DNA of 64,000 bases, taken from Blastocystis sp. Blastoise. Its lineage: Eukaryota > Protista > Bigyra: Opalinata. Under the pieces are notes generated by a model. It saw only the letters and a program-made list of their open reading frames with translations. It did no database searches and had not been told where the DNA came from. Position numbers and translations under genes: made by a program. Where the stretch lies: positions 496,001 through 560,000 of the forward strand of contig JBBPEB010000029.1 of the NCBI GenBank assembly GCA_039096225.1, in the 5' to 3' direction. Below, in pieces: positions 14,274-36,593 of this stretch; within the stretch, counting starts at the first letter, position 1; each line of letters starts with the position of its first letter.

Positions 14274-14670
14274 GATTATTAAGATTATTAAGATTATTAT
14301 TATATTTATTATTATATACTCTCCTCGTGGATTGACGTGTATACAACAACAACGACTAGTGTGGGCTGGAAGAATCAAAACTCTATTTATTTTATTATTT
14401 GCGGGTTGAAGAACTTCCAGACGTCCCCAACCATCAGAATCTATATATATATACATATAATTATTATACTTATTTATTATTATACTTAAAATAATAATAA
14501 TAATTATTATTATTATTATTATTATATAACTTATTATACAAAGTTATTATTATGAAAACAAATCATTTTTATGATACTTATAGTTATTATTATAAATATA
14601 TATACTAGCAGCAGTAGTAAGTAAAAGATACTTTTCATTTTTTGTCCAACACATTTCATATATCTATATG

Positions 14671-14704
<34 letters not shown>

Positions 14705-15244
14705 TATAAAAAACATAAGAAGAAGCATATATACATATATATATATATATATATCCCAATTATAATGAATACAAGCAATTTCTCGGTTTTTATTCAAATC
14801 ATATATGTTTAAATAATTATTTTTGCTTCCTGTCGATAGATATTTCGCGCCTGAACTTATAGCTAAATATATATTATCATATTTTGTTTTGATTGTAGCG
14901 ACACAATAACCTCCTGAATGTGATAAATCCCAATATTTTATTGTGCGGTCATCAGCTATGGAATATAACTGTGAAGGATTGGATGGATGCCAAACAATTT
15001 GTTGAACATCTCGTGTATGTCCCTCTAATTTATATAAATATGACCTCTTCAAAATCTGTGGATGACTATCTCTATGAGTACTCCAAATGAGAATTGTTCC
15101 ATCAGCAGATCCTGTTGCTAACCATTGTCCACTACAATTCCAAGCAATTGAATTGATTTTCTTTTGATGGGCTAATAAACAATCTCCTTTATATTTTAAG
15201 TTTGTCACTATAGCGTGAGGTTGAGGAGTATCATCAAAATCCAT
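13420..15244 (-). CDS. THOC3: THO complex subunit 3 (Tex1), WD40
   Basis: AHQKKINSIAWNCSGQWLATGSAD, AHTSRCCCIHVNPRGE, GSADSFINFWDLDEF and ICWHPTQNMFAF follow the THOC3 repeat order. Confidence 0.85.
13534..13772 (-). other. U12-type (minor spliceosome) intron with AT-AA termini in THOC3
   Basis: 5' end is ATATCCTT and a branch-like TTTCTTAAT lies near the 3' end. Only the AA acceptor keeps YVD|SICWHP in frame. Confidence 0.75.
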
Positions 15245-15501
15245 GATAGAAGAAAAAAAAAATTGAACAAGGAAGAAAATGTTTTACTTTTTAAAAAAGA
15301 ATTATCACTATATAAAAGAATGAATTCAAATAAATTTTTTCATTTAATTCTTGTTGAATGCTAAATGATGTTTTTAATAAGTAAAAGAAGCTTTGACTCA
15401 TTTCAGAAACACATGACAAAAAGAGGGAAATCAATTTAAACATTATGCGTTATATGAATACTTATGTTTAATATGATAAGATTTTTCCTTGTATAATTAT
15501 C

Positions 15502-17285
15502 ATGGATACTATTTTTAAATGGAAACCGAAGGTATATTGTATTGTAATTATGTCATTAATAAAATACTTGAACTGTTTTTCATAGAAAACTGAATCGATT
15601 GAGAAGGATGCATTCAATTTTGATATTTCTAGTGATGATTCTGATGGTTCATTTGATTTATGTAAAGAATCAGAATCTGATTGCATTTCCCCATCAAATA
15701 AAACTAATGAATCATCTAATACTGCTTCTGTACTTATATATGATATGCTATATGAGTATAAAATATAGAATTCTTTTTTCCCAGTAACAAAACATAGAAT
15801 TTATAATTGGAGACCCAATCAGTCTTCTTTTCAAAAGTATATTTTAATAAAAAGAAGATTTAGGCTTTTGATTTTAATAACTATAGAATAAATGCATCTA
15901 TTCCAATCAATGAAACAAGTTCTGACGACAATAATGACTCTGATGATTCATTCACATGGACGTATACAAGTGAGAAACAAAAGAATAATCGATTTATTGA
16001 ACAAACAAAACGAAAGGCAAATATAAAAAGAAGTAAAAAAGAAGTATTTATAAATATTTATCTTGATTTTATTGTTCTATATATATTATTGTATATAGTA
16101 TATATATACTCCTCCTCTGTTATATACATATATACTTCTTCCTCATCATCTTCTTCAACCCTCTTTTCCTCTCAAATCTGTTCCTATTCCTTTATTACAG
16201 TATATATCGTTTTTTATTAATTATTATTATTATCTGAGATATCTTTAAAATTACTATTATTATTATACTAATTCTTTTATTTTTATTTTTACACCTATTA
16301 TACGACAGTTGACTCTCTCTTTTTATATACATTATTCTTTATATAATGATATAGTCCTGTAGATCCTTTGTCACTACAAGTAAGTACAATCCTATTGGCT
16401 GACTCTCTTAAACAACAGTATTTATATAGATAATACTATTTTTAATATATATATGTATATATATAGACATGATGAAAAACTATCTAGAAGTGGCATATAT
16501 ACAGAATTATCATTTATTTATAACGAAGTGTATACACATAACGATATTCATGGTATTTATATTATTATAGGCAATTATATATATATTATATATAATCTTA
16601 TTTATAGTTATTTATAATTGATACACTTATTCACTATTATAATATATAGTATTATTTATTATTATTAATAATTAATTACACTTACCTATATTATTTATAA
16701 TTCTATTATTATATTGTATTATAACTATTTTTTTATATTCAAATTTCTACTCTACTCTAGTATTATTATTTTATACTATATAGAGAATATAAATAAAAAG
16801 GTGATTTCATTAGAATCACAAGAAACACCAAAAAAGTCGATTAATATTAATATAAATACATCTTTTAATTCTATTCTTCATTCTCAAACAATAGAGAGTG
16901 AAGATACTATTATAGAAATACAAGAAGAATATAAAGACTGTTTTTCTATTCATAATAATAGTATTTCAAATAAAAATACTAATCATGAGTTGACACTCAA
17001 GAAAATCGATGTATTTATTTATATATTGTGTTTCTATTTCTTTATTTATATATATCTGACATTCATGTATAGGATTCAGAAACAATTGAAAATCCAGAAA
17101 ATACTATGCTTAATCTAACTACGATTCAAGAAAACACAAACACTCAAAACAATAATGATTCTCTAATTCAAGATGATATTCATTTAAAAGAGCAGGAAAA
17201 TGAAGATCAAAACACAAAGAAGAACAGTGAAAGCCAAAATGATGATTTATGGAGTATGTGGCTTGACGATGAACAATCAGATTAA
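15502..17285 (+). CDS. Hypothetical acidic/Ser-rich protein, multi-exon
   Basis: GT-AG exon chain stays open from MDTIFKWKPK to DDLWSMWLDDEQSD*. No family recognised. Confidence 0.55.
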
Positions 17286-17718
17286 ATTTTCTTTTGATTT
17301 ACATAAATTGTATTCTATATTTATTTTTAAGCAGTAGTTTTTGTACTCTCTTATCAATCTTAATCATATAATATCACATTTTTGTTGACATGGGACACCA
17401 TAATGTTGTCTTATTATCTTTTATTTGCCATTTCATAATTCACACTACTATTTACTTTACATAAAACGAAGTTTAATACCAAAATTAAATCATTATACTA
17501 AGAAAAGAGTAAAATAAAATATATATATATAAATTCATGAAAATTCTTAAAAATAAAGAGAAAAAGTCAAAATAATGACGACTATTAATTTATTGTTGTC
17601 ATTTCTTTGCCATAAAACTCTATTTGTTTTGATTGTACTTTGAAGTATATAAGAATCCCTTTTTTATATACCAATCGTTATAATATATTTAGAACAAAGC
17701 CCCTAGCAATTCTTTTCA

Positions 17719-18695
17719 ATGTTTTCATCAGTATTTAATTGCTGTTATGTAAATTTATTGTCCTCTATAGATTCTTAAAAAGTCCACTTTATTATACCCG
17801 AAGGTAGTAGTTGCAAAACAAGTCTCTTGTTCAACAGCTCCTCTCGTTTGTCATTTTGCTGTTGAACCAGCTGTCAGACCTACAAGAAAGGACTACAAAT
17901 ACGTTTCACCTTACAAATATGGCTTAACTGATGGTGATTTATCACAATATCCTCCTGAATACAAACAAATTTTTGGTCTTGAAACTATGAATCAAGCAGA
18001 AATCAATCAATTGAACATTCAAGAAAATATTAAGAAATTTCAAAGACATCCTTTAGATACTGGTTCTCCCGAAGTTCAAAGTATATTATTTTTATATAAT
18101 TAATAGTTATTTCATTTCATTTTTTATTATATACATATGTATATAGTTGCTATTATTACAGAACGTGTCAAGAGAATGACACAACATTTAGCAGAACACA
18201 AACATGTATATTATTATGGTTTTTTAATTCTATTTATTATTATTATTAATTTTATTTATTATTATTAATTTTATTTATTATTATTAATTTTATTTATTAT
18301 TATTTATGTATTGATTTCTTTAGGATACTAGCGTAAAGAATGGTATGCAAAAATTATTAGGAAAACGAAGTATATATACTATTGTTTATATATATATTAT
18401 TCTATAGAGAGATTTTTATTATATTTAAGAAGAACTAATTTTGAAAGGTATCTATATATATTTGTTTTTATATAATTGTATCACACTATTATTATTATTA
18501 TTAATATATAGATATTTATTTACTATTCGTGAGTTACAATTAAATGATTTAGGTCCATCTCTTCCTGTTCCTACATATAGATTAAAGGACCATCTTAAGG
18601 GATTAGAATTACGTTTCAGAAATCCTAATTTAAGACCAGATGCACAACAATTTAAATTACAAAAAGAATTAGAAGCTAAACAAAAATTAGAATAA
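17719..18695 (+). CDS. MRPS15: Mitochondrial/MRO ribosomal protein uS15
   Basis: DTGSPEVQIAIITERV...HLAEHKHD...LLGKRKRFLLYLRRTNFERY is the uS15 core. N-terminus MFSSILKKS resembles a targeting peptide. Confidence 0.9.
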
Positions 18696-19020
18696 TAATA
18701 TTCATAATAATAATAGTTATTATTATTTTTACACTATATATTATTGTTTATATACAGTTAATAATATATATTCATTTTTTTCAAGTTTAACACTACTTTT
18801 TATAATATATATTCATTATATATATATTATTTGAATACTCTTTCATTTTTTAATTTTGCACATAATTGTTAATAATGGGTTGATCTCTTATGATTTCTGT
18901 TTTTTAGTTTTTTTTATAGTTATTCATACTTTATCTATTATTATCATGTATATATGACTAATTTATGAAATGCATAGAATAGATATTATTTAAAACTTTA
19001 TTCAATTATGTATATATATA

Positions 19021-19028
19021 AACAAACA
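19021..19028 (-). terminator. TGTTTGTT candidate 3'-end processing motif of the YeeE gene
   Basis: Exact TGTTTGTT on the sense strand about 175 nt after the stop codon. Confidence 0.4.
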
Positions 19029-19202
19029 CATAGAAAACAGTAACATGATGCAAAGAAAGACTTTTAGTTTATGCTCAATAAAAATATATATATTTAAAAG
19101 TAGAAAAATAAATAAATTACAAAATGAATTTATAAATGATGACAATCAAATATTTCACAGATAAAGAAAAATATTGTAATATATTATATATATATATATA
19201 GT

Positions 19203-21223
<2,021 letters not shown>

Positions 21224-21796
21224 GATTACTTAAAGAATCAAGTGAATAAATCAATAATCAATAAATAAAATAAATATAAAATAAATAAGAATTCAAAAAA
21301 TAAGGGATGTAAGAATTCTCTTTGTATCCAAATGGATTGTAATTCTCATAAAGAAAATTCTTTTTCAAAAACGTTTGTATACAAAAAGAAAATGAAGAAA
21401 TCTCTTTTTTAATGGTTATGATATTCATTAACGAATATAAATTGTTTTATTGTAATAATGATGTGTCGTGTCATAGTATTGTATACATACAAATTTATAA
21501 TGAATAGTTCAATGAGTGATTGTTCAAAATGTGCTGTAAGTTTTATCTTTATATTCAAATGAATGATAAATTCTTGTTGATTATACGTATTACGAAATGA
21601 TATTTCTATTATTTTTGAAAATGATCTTGGTATATAAAAAATGATTCTAACAAAACTCATTATTTATTAAATTTTATATTGACTCAAAAGACACAATTTA
21701 ATAAAAATAAAAAAAAATCAAGAATATAACATCGATGCGTTGAGAAAACGCCATAATGTTACGAATTCGAAACATGCAAGTAAAGTGATCAATACT

Positions 21797-22107
21797 TTAA
21801 GGACGTTCAGCCATCGACAACTAGAGAAAATAAAATATATATAGATAAATAGTAATAATTATATATATTTTTACAAGAACAATAAAAAAAGAAACATACA
21901 TAAAGATGACAGTTATTATATTCATAATTATTATAATAATACAAAGCACGGTGGGCAACAGAAGCATCCTTATAACTATGTATATTATAATTTTATTATT
22001 ATTGCTATAATTAATTATTATTATTAATATTAATATTATTATTATTATTATATATATAATTTAATAATAATATTTGTTTTTTTTATTATTATAAGTATAA
22101 GCAACTA

Positions 22108-22143
<36 letters not shown>

Positions 22144-22586
22144 TACGTAATAAAAGCTTGAACATCATGATTATCATTATCATTATTAATAATTTGAATT
22201 GGTGGATAATGATATATATGTTTATCTTCTCTATCTTCATCGTCATCATCATTCATATTATTATTATTAATATTCGTATTAAATGGTGAAGAAACGATAG
22301 TGTCTTGAGTATCTATTTCACCAACTTTACTAAATAACTCAGTTATTTGATCAATAGTTACTGATACTGGGAGATCTATATAGATATAGAGTATTTATTA
22401 TATAATAATAATAATTGTTATTATATAATAATAATTGCTATATTAATTATATAATAATAATTGCTATTATATAATAATAATTATTATATTAATTATATAA
22501 TAATAATTATTATTATATTAATTATATACTAATAACTACATATAAAAGTCTTATACATAATATTATTGATACTAATAATAATAATA

Positions 22587-22622
<36 letters not shown>

Positions 22623-22729
22623 TAAAGACATGAACACATCGTTGAGTACACAAATCAGAACAAGCAGCGCAACACAGGAAACGCTTTCTATATATATATA
22701 TTATAATAATAATAATAATAATAATAATA

Positions 22730-22763
<34 letters not shown>

Positions 22764-22819
22764 GTTGTCGGGGTAGTTCCCTTTGGGGGAATATCGTTAG
22801 AACGCTTGGGTTCAGAATG

Positions 22820-22889
<70 letters not shown>

Positions 22890-22930
22890 CTAGCGGGGGA
22901 ACGAGAGCGCGAACGACTTCCTTCGTGATC

Positions 22931-22981
<51 letters not shown>

Positions 22982-24669
22982 GTAATAATAATAATCAAAG
23001 AACAAAATCAATATATATATATAATACATAGAAAAAAAATGAAAAATAAAAAAACTATATATATATATATATACGATTTTGGTTTCTGAATCTGTCCGAG
23101 TCTTTTGGATCCATAATAACCGCGGGTTTAGGAGCATGGCATTTTCTACATACATCTCTGTAAGAGAAATTGACATCACTATATATATATATAGAATAAT
23201 ATAATTTGTTTTGAATCAATTTATATATAAAAAAAATGAATGATAAAAATAGGATAATAAAAATAATAATTATATATATATACCTGCAGTTAGTACAAAT
23301 CCAATCTCCTTTTTTACCTCTTGAAATATCATAATAACTACTCCCGTGGGAATCTTTATTATCAAAAGTAGATGTATTATATCTCTCTACAGTTCTTTCC
23401 ATAGGTCTTTCCTCATATCTATCGACAGGTCTAGGAATATAACGATCGGAAGGTCTGTCATTATAACGGTCAATAGAACGTTCCATTGGAATATCGTTAT
23501 AACGATTGATTGGACGTTCATTATAACGGTCAACTGGACGTTCATTATAACGGTCGATAGGACGAGGAGGAGGATAAGAAGAAGGAGGAGAATAAGAAGT
23601 AGTAGGACGAGAAGGAGGATAATAGCTATGAGGGTATTGAGAAGAAGGAGAAGAAGAAGAAGAGGAAGAAGAAGGAGGATATCTATTGGACCAAGGGTTA
23701 GCTATATATAATAATTATTATTATTATAATTATTATAATTATTATTATAAAAACTATAATATTAACCATAATAGTTCAGATAATAATAATAGTTATTATT
23801 ATTATAAATATAGTGTTATTATTTCTATAATATATAAATTGAATAAATATGAAACAGCCAAATAATATAGAGAAAACAGGAAAGAAAAAGAATAATAAAA
23901 CCATATATATATATGTTTTTTGTATTATTATATAGATATATATCAAATAGCAGCAGCATGAAAAGTGTGTATATTATACTAACATAATAATTATAAATAA
24001 TATATATATCTAAATATCCTTATATAATAAATTATTATTTATAGCATATAAGGTCTTCTCTAATAAAAAATTATATATATGAAAAACAAAAATATAATAT
24101 TTATGGCCTGATTAACCTAATGAATAAAAGAAATCCATCAAGTTTCCTCAAAAGCAAAAAGAAAAACTGCAAAAACAAAGTAATAATAAAACATACGCTC
24201 AGGTCTTGGTTTCTTACAAAGATGGCACTCATTACGAAATCCATAATTATGGTTACGACAATTGGGACAATCCCAATCAGGTTGTTTTGGAACCTCACTT
24301 TTACCAGAACTCATTCTACTCTCAGTAACAACTTCTGAAGCTATAATAAAAGCATTTAACAACAATATATCCCACAGACAAACGTTTTGTGAAAACAAAA
24401 AAAAATATACCTCCCTTTAAAGAACCACATTTTCGACATTCCATTCTCGTACCAAAATTATGGGTTTGACAATTACTACAAAACCAATCACCAACACGAA
24501 TATCATAACTCTTTTCACTTCCAGGAGATCTCTGTCTCTCACTACTCACATAACTATTCTCATAGGACGAAGAACCCATTGAATGGGTTTTTTGAGCATT
24601 TTCAGAATAACTAGGATCACCACGCCATTGAAGCGAGGGGGGTACCGCGGTTTGTTCAGTTTGCGACAT
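21797..24669 (-). CDS. FET-like (FUS/TAF15-type) RNA-binding protein: three RanBP2 zinc fingers, Tyr/Pro/Arg low-complexity region, C-terminal RRM
   Basis: Zinc fingers [37 protein letters not shown] and [55 protein letters not shown]. Confidence 0.7.
22822..22887 (-). other. 66-nt intron that is entirely G(TA)32G
   Basis: Read directly: GT donor, uninterrupted TA repeat and AG acceptor between two in-frame exons. Confidence 0.7.
23400..23560 (-). repeat. Coding 24-bp tandem repeat (DRYNERP-type)
   Basis: Repeated cgttataatgaacgtcca-like units inside a FET-like exon. Boundaries approximate. Confidence 0.7.
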
Positions 24670-25548
24670 TGTTAAAGGTTAGAAAGATTAAAAATCAACG
24701 AATTAGCAGAATAAGATAGAAAATAATTTCTTAAGGAAGAAACTGGTTTTTCTGGTTTTTTGGTTATGAAAAATAAATTACCCTGGGAATCTCAATACTT
24801 TTTAAAAGTTTATTTAATGAATAATTTTCATTTAAAAAGAGCCGTTTTCGTTTCTCTTTTTTAATATATTTGTCAAGAAACCAGTTTTTTTTTTAAGAAG
24901 TTAATTCTATTAATTCTATTGCATATGGTCAGTCTATTTTACTGAAATAGCTATGTAAAAAGCATTTATTTCATGGAAATAGTAAAATGTGTTCCATTAA
25001 GTATTGATTGTCATTAGACTTGCTTAGCTAATGCAAATACGATTAGCATTGTTTCCTAATTATGAATGAAACATATCATATGCTTGTTTATGTTTCAGGT
25101 ATCTTTTTATTTCATTTTTTTAGAGAGAGGTTAAGGAATAGAGTTTATTTTGCTTATATATCTTTAATAAATTCAATTTTTGTTTATATTAAGGCAATTG
25201 GTATTATATGATGAATATTTTAGTATATATATAATAATGAAATTTAAATTATTTTGGAAACTGCTATTTAAAAAAATAATGTTTTAGAATAAGAAAGCTA
25301 CTCAAGAGAAACACAACAAATATATATATATAAACAAAAAAAAACACACACAAACAATACATATAGAAAAGTTAAAAATAATTAAAAAAAAAACAATAAT
25401 ATATAATAAAAAGACAATTCAACAAGAGAGAATTGAGAGGGTAATATATATAAATAAAAAAAAAGAAAAGATTTTGTTGGAAATACGATTACGATTGAAA
25501 GATTATAATGTATATATATATATTTGTTATAAATATTTAATATTATAT

Positions 25549-26624
25549 TTAATTATCTGATGAAGAATCGTCGTTATTATCGCTTGTATTATCACTTGTA
25601 TCATCGCTGTTATCATCATTGTTATCGCTTGTATTATCATCATTGTCATCGCTTGTATTATCATCATTGTCATCGCTTGTATTATCATCATTATCATCGC
25701 TTGTATTATCATCATTATCATCGCTTGTATTATCACTGCTATTATTATCATTATTATCATCATTATTATCATCACTTTCTTCTTTTTCTTTTTTATTATC
25801 ATCTTTTTCATTCTTTTCATTTTCATTTTCATTTTCATTTTCATTATTATTATTATTTTCTTCAATTTCCATGGTATCATAATAATTATCATTATTATTA
25901 TCATCATCTACTTTATAATCGTCTTCATTCCATTCTTCTTCTTTAAAATCAGCTTTTGGTTTACTTCCTTTAGTTAAATAATTTAATAAATATTTATTTT
26001 GATCCGATATCTTTTGATTTTGTTGATAATGGGTAGTTAATACACGTTGAACATTACGTAAAACACTAATATATTTACGGTTATTTGCACGAATATATTC
26101 ACCATGAACTTTAAATATAGTTAAACACCAAATAATATAATATTCTAAATAAGGTGTAGAATTAATTTGATCACATATTATTTGTAAGAAACGAACTAAG
26201 AATAATCGTGGAATTGTATTTGTAATAGCTGTTACCTGACTTAAAGGAATAGAAGATAAACATATTTTAATATATTCTGTTTCATTTAAATGTAAACTAT
26301 ATATAAGTGCTTTAGAATAATCTTGATTATTTAAAGCTATAGTAATAGAAGAAGGAGTAATATCTTCTTGTATATCAAAAGGTTCAAAAGATAATGAAGG
26401 ATCTAAACTATATATTAATAATCCTTGATTTGTAGCACAACTAAATGTTTCTCCTGAAGGTGAAAAATGAACTGTGGAACAACGAATTTCATTCTTTACA
26501 TTTCTTTTGGCGGCATCACCATTTAAAACACCCGGTAAAGCAGGACGATCAGTCTCATCCTCACTAAAAGAATAATATATATATAATTAGTATTTTAATA
26601 ATAATTAGTAGCATAATTAGTATT

Positions 26625-26667
<43 letters not shown>

Positions 26668-26787
26668 GAAGAAGAAGAAGAAGAATATATCAATAAAATT
26701 ATATATATATACTTATCACTAATATCTAATAACGCTTTGCTTCCAGCTTCAGTCATATTCTTACTATTTAATTGGTCTAATATACCC

Positions 26788-26820
<33 letters not shown>

Positions 26821-29537
26821 TAACTAGTATTTTATAAACATATATATATAATTATATATAAGTCAATAATATTATATATATATAATATATATATATACTT
26901 CAAAAGATCTATTTTGTGATAATTGATATTTCTTAATAAGCATTCTATTACTAAGTGAATAGATACATACATATTTGGATCGTCCTCCCGCGATTATATA
27001 CTGTCCATCAGGAGAATAACTAACAGAGGTGAAACACTTACCTATAAGGAAAATAGAGTTATATAATAAGTATAATAGAATGAATATTAATATAATAAAA
27101 ATAGTAAAAATATAATAAATATAATAAAAATATAATAAATATAATAAAAATATAATAAATATAATAAAAATATAATAAATATAATAAAATAAATAATAAA
27201 TATAATAAATAATTACCTATAGCAATATTTTCTAAGGCAACATTATCAGTAGTTCTTCTTCCTCCAGTTATATCTCTCTTTCCTTCAATAATTGTCTTAT
27301 TCACACCTATAAATAGAGTAATATAAGTATATAAATACTTGGGATACAATAATAAACAATTATAATAAAAAAAACTAAAATAAACAATTATAACTACTTA
27401 ATAATAATAATAATAAACTAAAATAAACAATTATAACTACTTAATAATACTATTAAAACTATTAAAACTATATACTTTGTTTAGCATCCCATACATAGAT
27501 ATCCCCATGTAAAGTAGTAGTACAAGCTTCTTCTCCATCTCCTCTCCAACTACAACTTAGTACTTCGCTATTATGGTCTAATACTTCTTTATTAGCACCA
27601 CCAAATATATCCCAAATAATAGCACTGTGATCCCAAGAAGTGGACATCAATAAAGAACCGCGGGGATCGAAGGAAACAGAAGAAATAGGTCCTTGATGAC
27701 CTTCTAGAATATCTAGTAATTTCCCTGTTCTTAAAGACCATATATATATATTGAATGGATCCATAGATCCAGCTGCTACTATATCACCTGAACTATAGAT
27801 ATATATATAATAATGATTATTATTATTATATATTATACAATTCTCAAAAAATAAAATAAAAGAATAAATAATAAATAATAATAAACAAATAATAAATAAT
27901 AATTATTATTATATATTATATACCTATCAACATTAACACAAGTAAATTGTACGGGTGTTGGAGTTGTGAGGGTTCTGAAATTACGATAACGAATTAAATC
28001 AAAAGCACGTACTGTACCATCTAGAGAGCACGTGACGAGCGCATGCCCTGATTTAACAAAACATACTCCAGTAACACTAGCAGTATGATCTTTAAATGTA
28101 ATATAACAATAACCTGTATTTGTGTTCCATAATTTAACTTTAGAATCTTCACCACCAGTAGCAATAACAGAACCATCTGGACTATAATCTAATGCATTTA
28201 TATTACAATAATGACCTTGTTGTTTTAATATATAAGTTTCTGACTGCCATTCCCATACTAATAATTGACCTAATTTACTTGAACCAAATGCTATCCTATA
28301 TATATAGAATATATAATATATTCATTTATTCATTTATTTAATATAATAATTCATTTATTCATTTATTTAATATAATATATTGATTTATTTATGTATTTAA
28401 TATAATAATTCATTATTTATGTATTTAATATAATAATTCATTTGTTTATTTATTTAATATAATAATTACAATAATAATATAAGCAAATAATAATAATAAT
28501 AAACAATCATATAAACAGAAACAAACAAATAATAATAATAATAATAATAATATATACCATTCTCCAGTACTATTAATAGCGCAAGTTGATAATTGTTTCT
28601 TACTAATAGTAAGTGTATGAATCATACTACATCCAGGCATTGTATATATACCAAAAGAACCATTACTAAAGCCACAAATTAACATTTTTGTTTCATGATT
28701 AAAATCACATGTTTCAATATGACTCTTCTTTTCTTCAATATAATTCTTCTTTGAAATCTTCCATAAACCACGATAATATTTACTTGTTTCAGTATCAGGA
28801 TGAAATTCTTCTTCATTATACATCTTTTGTAATTTTGGATTATGACTTAATTTTATTTGTTCATATTGTTCATCTGTCATCACATTCCAATTCCATTCAA
28901 AAACGCCACCATCAGAACATATCGAATATATACTCTTATCATCCTCTGATAAGTAGGCACCAACAATCTTTTCGTGATGACCAGATAATGTTAATGATTC
29001 AAATCCATTGAAATGTTCTACAGACCATAAACGTACAGTAGTATCTAAAGAGCCAGTTACTAAATAACGACCATCCTTACTCCAATCAATACAAGTAATA
29101 TCATCAGAATGACCAGCATATTCTTTAACTAATTCCATAGGAGCAAAATGTCTTTGTTCAGAAGGAGTACTCCAAATTTGAATAATACGCCCATGAGTAA
29201 CTGCCATATATTCATCATCTGGAGAAAATTTTATTTGATTTACAGGAACACCAAAATTAGTTCTATATAAGACAATTCTCTTCTTTAAATTGACAATAAT
29301 ATTACGACCTTCATCATCTACAGTTACAAGATAACGACCACTATGAGAAATAGCTATTTGAGCAATATTCATTCTTGCTTCAAAAGGAAGTGTATATGAA
29401 GTGTGGTTAACAAGATCAAAAACATTTACACGATTTCCAACAGGAGAGTATAAGATGTTTCCATCTGGAGAAAAGAGAACATTACCATTATTATATACGG
29501 CACCACAAAGATTGGCAAATCTATAAGAAAATCTCAT
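25549..29537 (-). CDS. PWP2: Periodic tryptophan protein 2 / UTP1 (SSU processome)
   Basis: MRFSYRFANLCGAVYNNGN, SKLGQLLVWEWQSETYILKQQGH, VRAFDLIRYRNFRTLTTP and a Utp12-type C-terminus with an acidic tail. Confidence 0.95.
25570..25740 (-). repeat. Coding 24-bp tandem repeat (SDDNDDNT) in the PWP2 acidic tail
   Basis: Repeated tcgcttgtattatcatca units. Boundaries approximate. Confidence 0.8.
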
Positions 29538-30141
29538 CTTTTTATTATTTCAGAATATTATAAAGTATGAGTTATATGCAAATTATTAATATAATCCCGT
29601 AACCTTTGTAATAAACAAAAAAATAGTTTATTCTCTTTTTTATAGGTAATTTTTTTATTAAGGTTTATTCATGATTATATAAAATAATGGGCGTCATTTT
29701 TCAAATAAATTTCTATTTTTCTACACGTTCATTATTATTGAATACATTGTTTTATATTCAAATATATTGTCATTTCGAAGCATTGAGAGAGTTATAGATT
29801 TTATAGAAAAAAAGATACGACATGAAAATGAAATTATTACTATAATTATTCCATGAACTTGCTAATATTTAGACTTTTGAATTTATAATCATTCATAAGA
29901 GTCTATACGAACATCTTTAGTTATTCACATGTCAGTTAGGTTGAAAAAATGAATGTAAAAAACATGTCTACGGTAAATAGTTACTAATATAGCAAAATAA
30001 AAAACAATACAACGTGATAACAATAGCTCATAGTTTATATACTCATACAATAAAAGCAATAATAGTACAAAAGAACAAAAACAAAATATTCTTTTCAACT
30101 AAAAAAAACACTAGAAAAGAGTAGCAATGATGAATATATAT

Positions 30142-36333
<6,192 letters not shown>

Positions 36334-36593
36334 TTATTTTATTGATGTATCTTTATTGAGAATTAGAATAACAAAAATAATCTTTCTCAGTGTTCTTTCT
36401 GTTCAGTTATCTTAATGATTCTATCAATTATCTATAAATTTTATTAAAAAAAGTATAGTTGTCCCACAAAAAGCGAGATTCTCTAATATTAGCGAATTCT
36501 TCCTATATTTTTAATAATAATAACAAATATTTACTCTTTTTATATTTTCATTTTACTTCTTTATTTCTTGTTATCTACATACAAATTAATCGA

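Noticed and set aside
24014-24023. Other RTATCCTT words (also near 5443, 10594 and 59668)
   Set aside because: They are on the wrong strand or not at an exon boundary, so they are not U12 donors.
25527-25946. Overlapping His-rich, Leu/Ser-rich and Met/Ile-rich ORFs
   Set aside because: They are alternative frames of the PWP2 acidic repeat tail.
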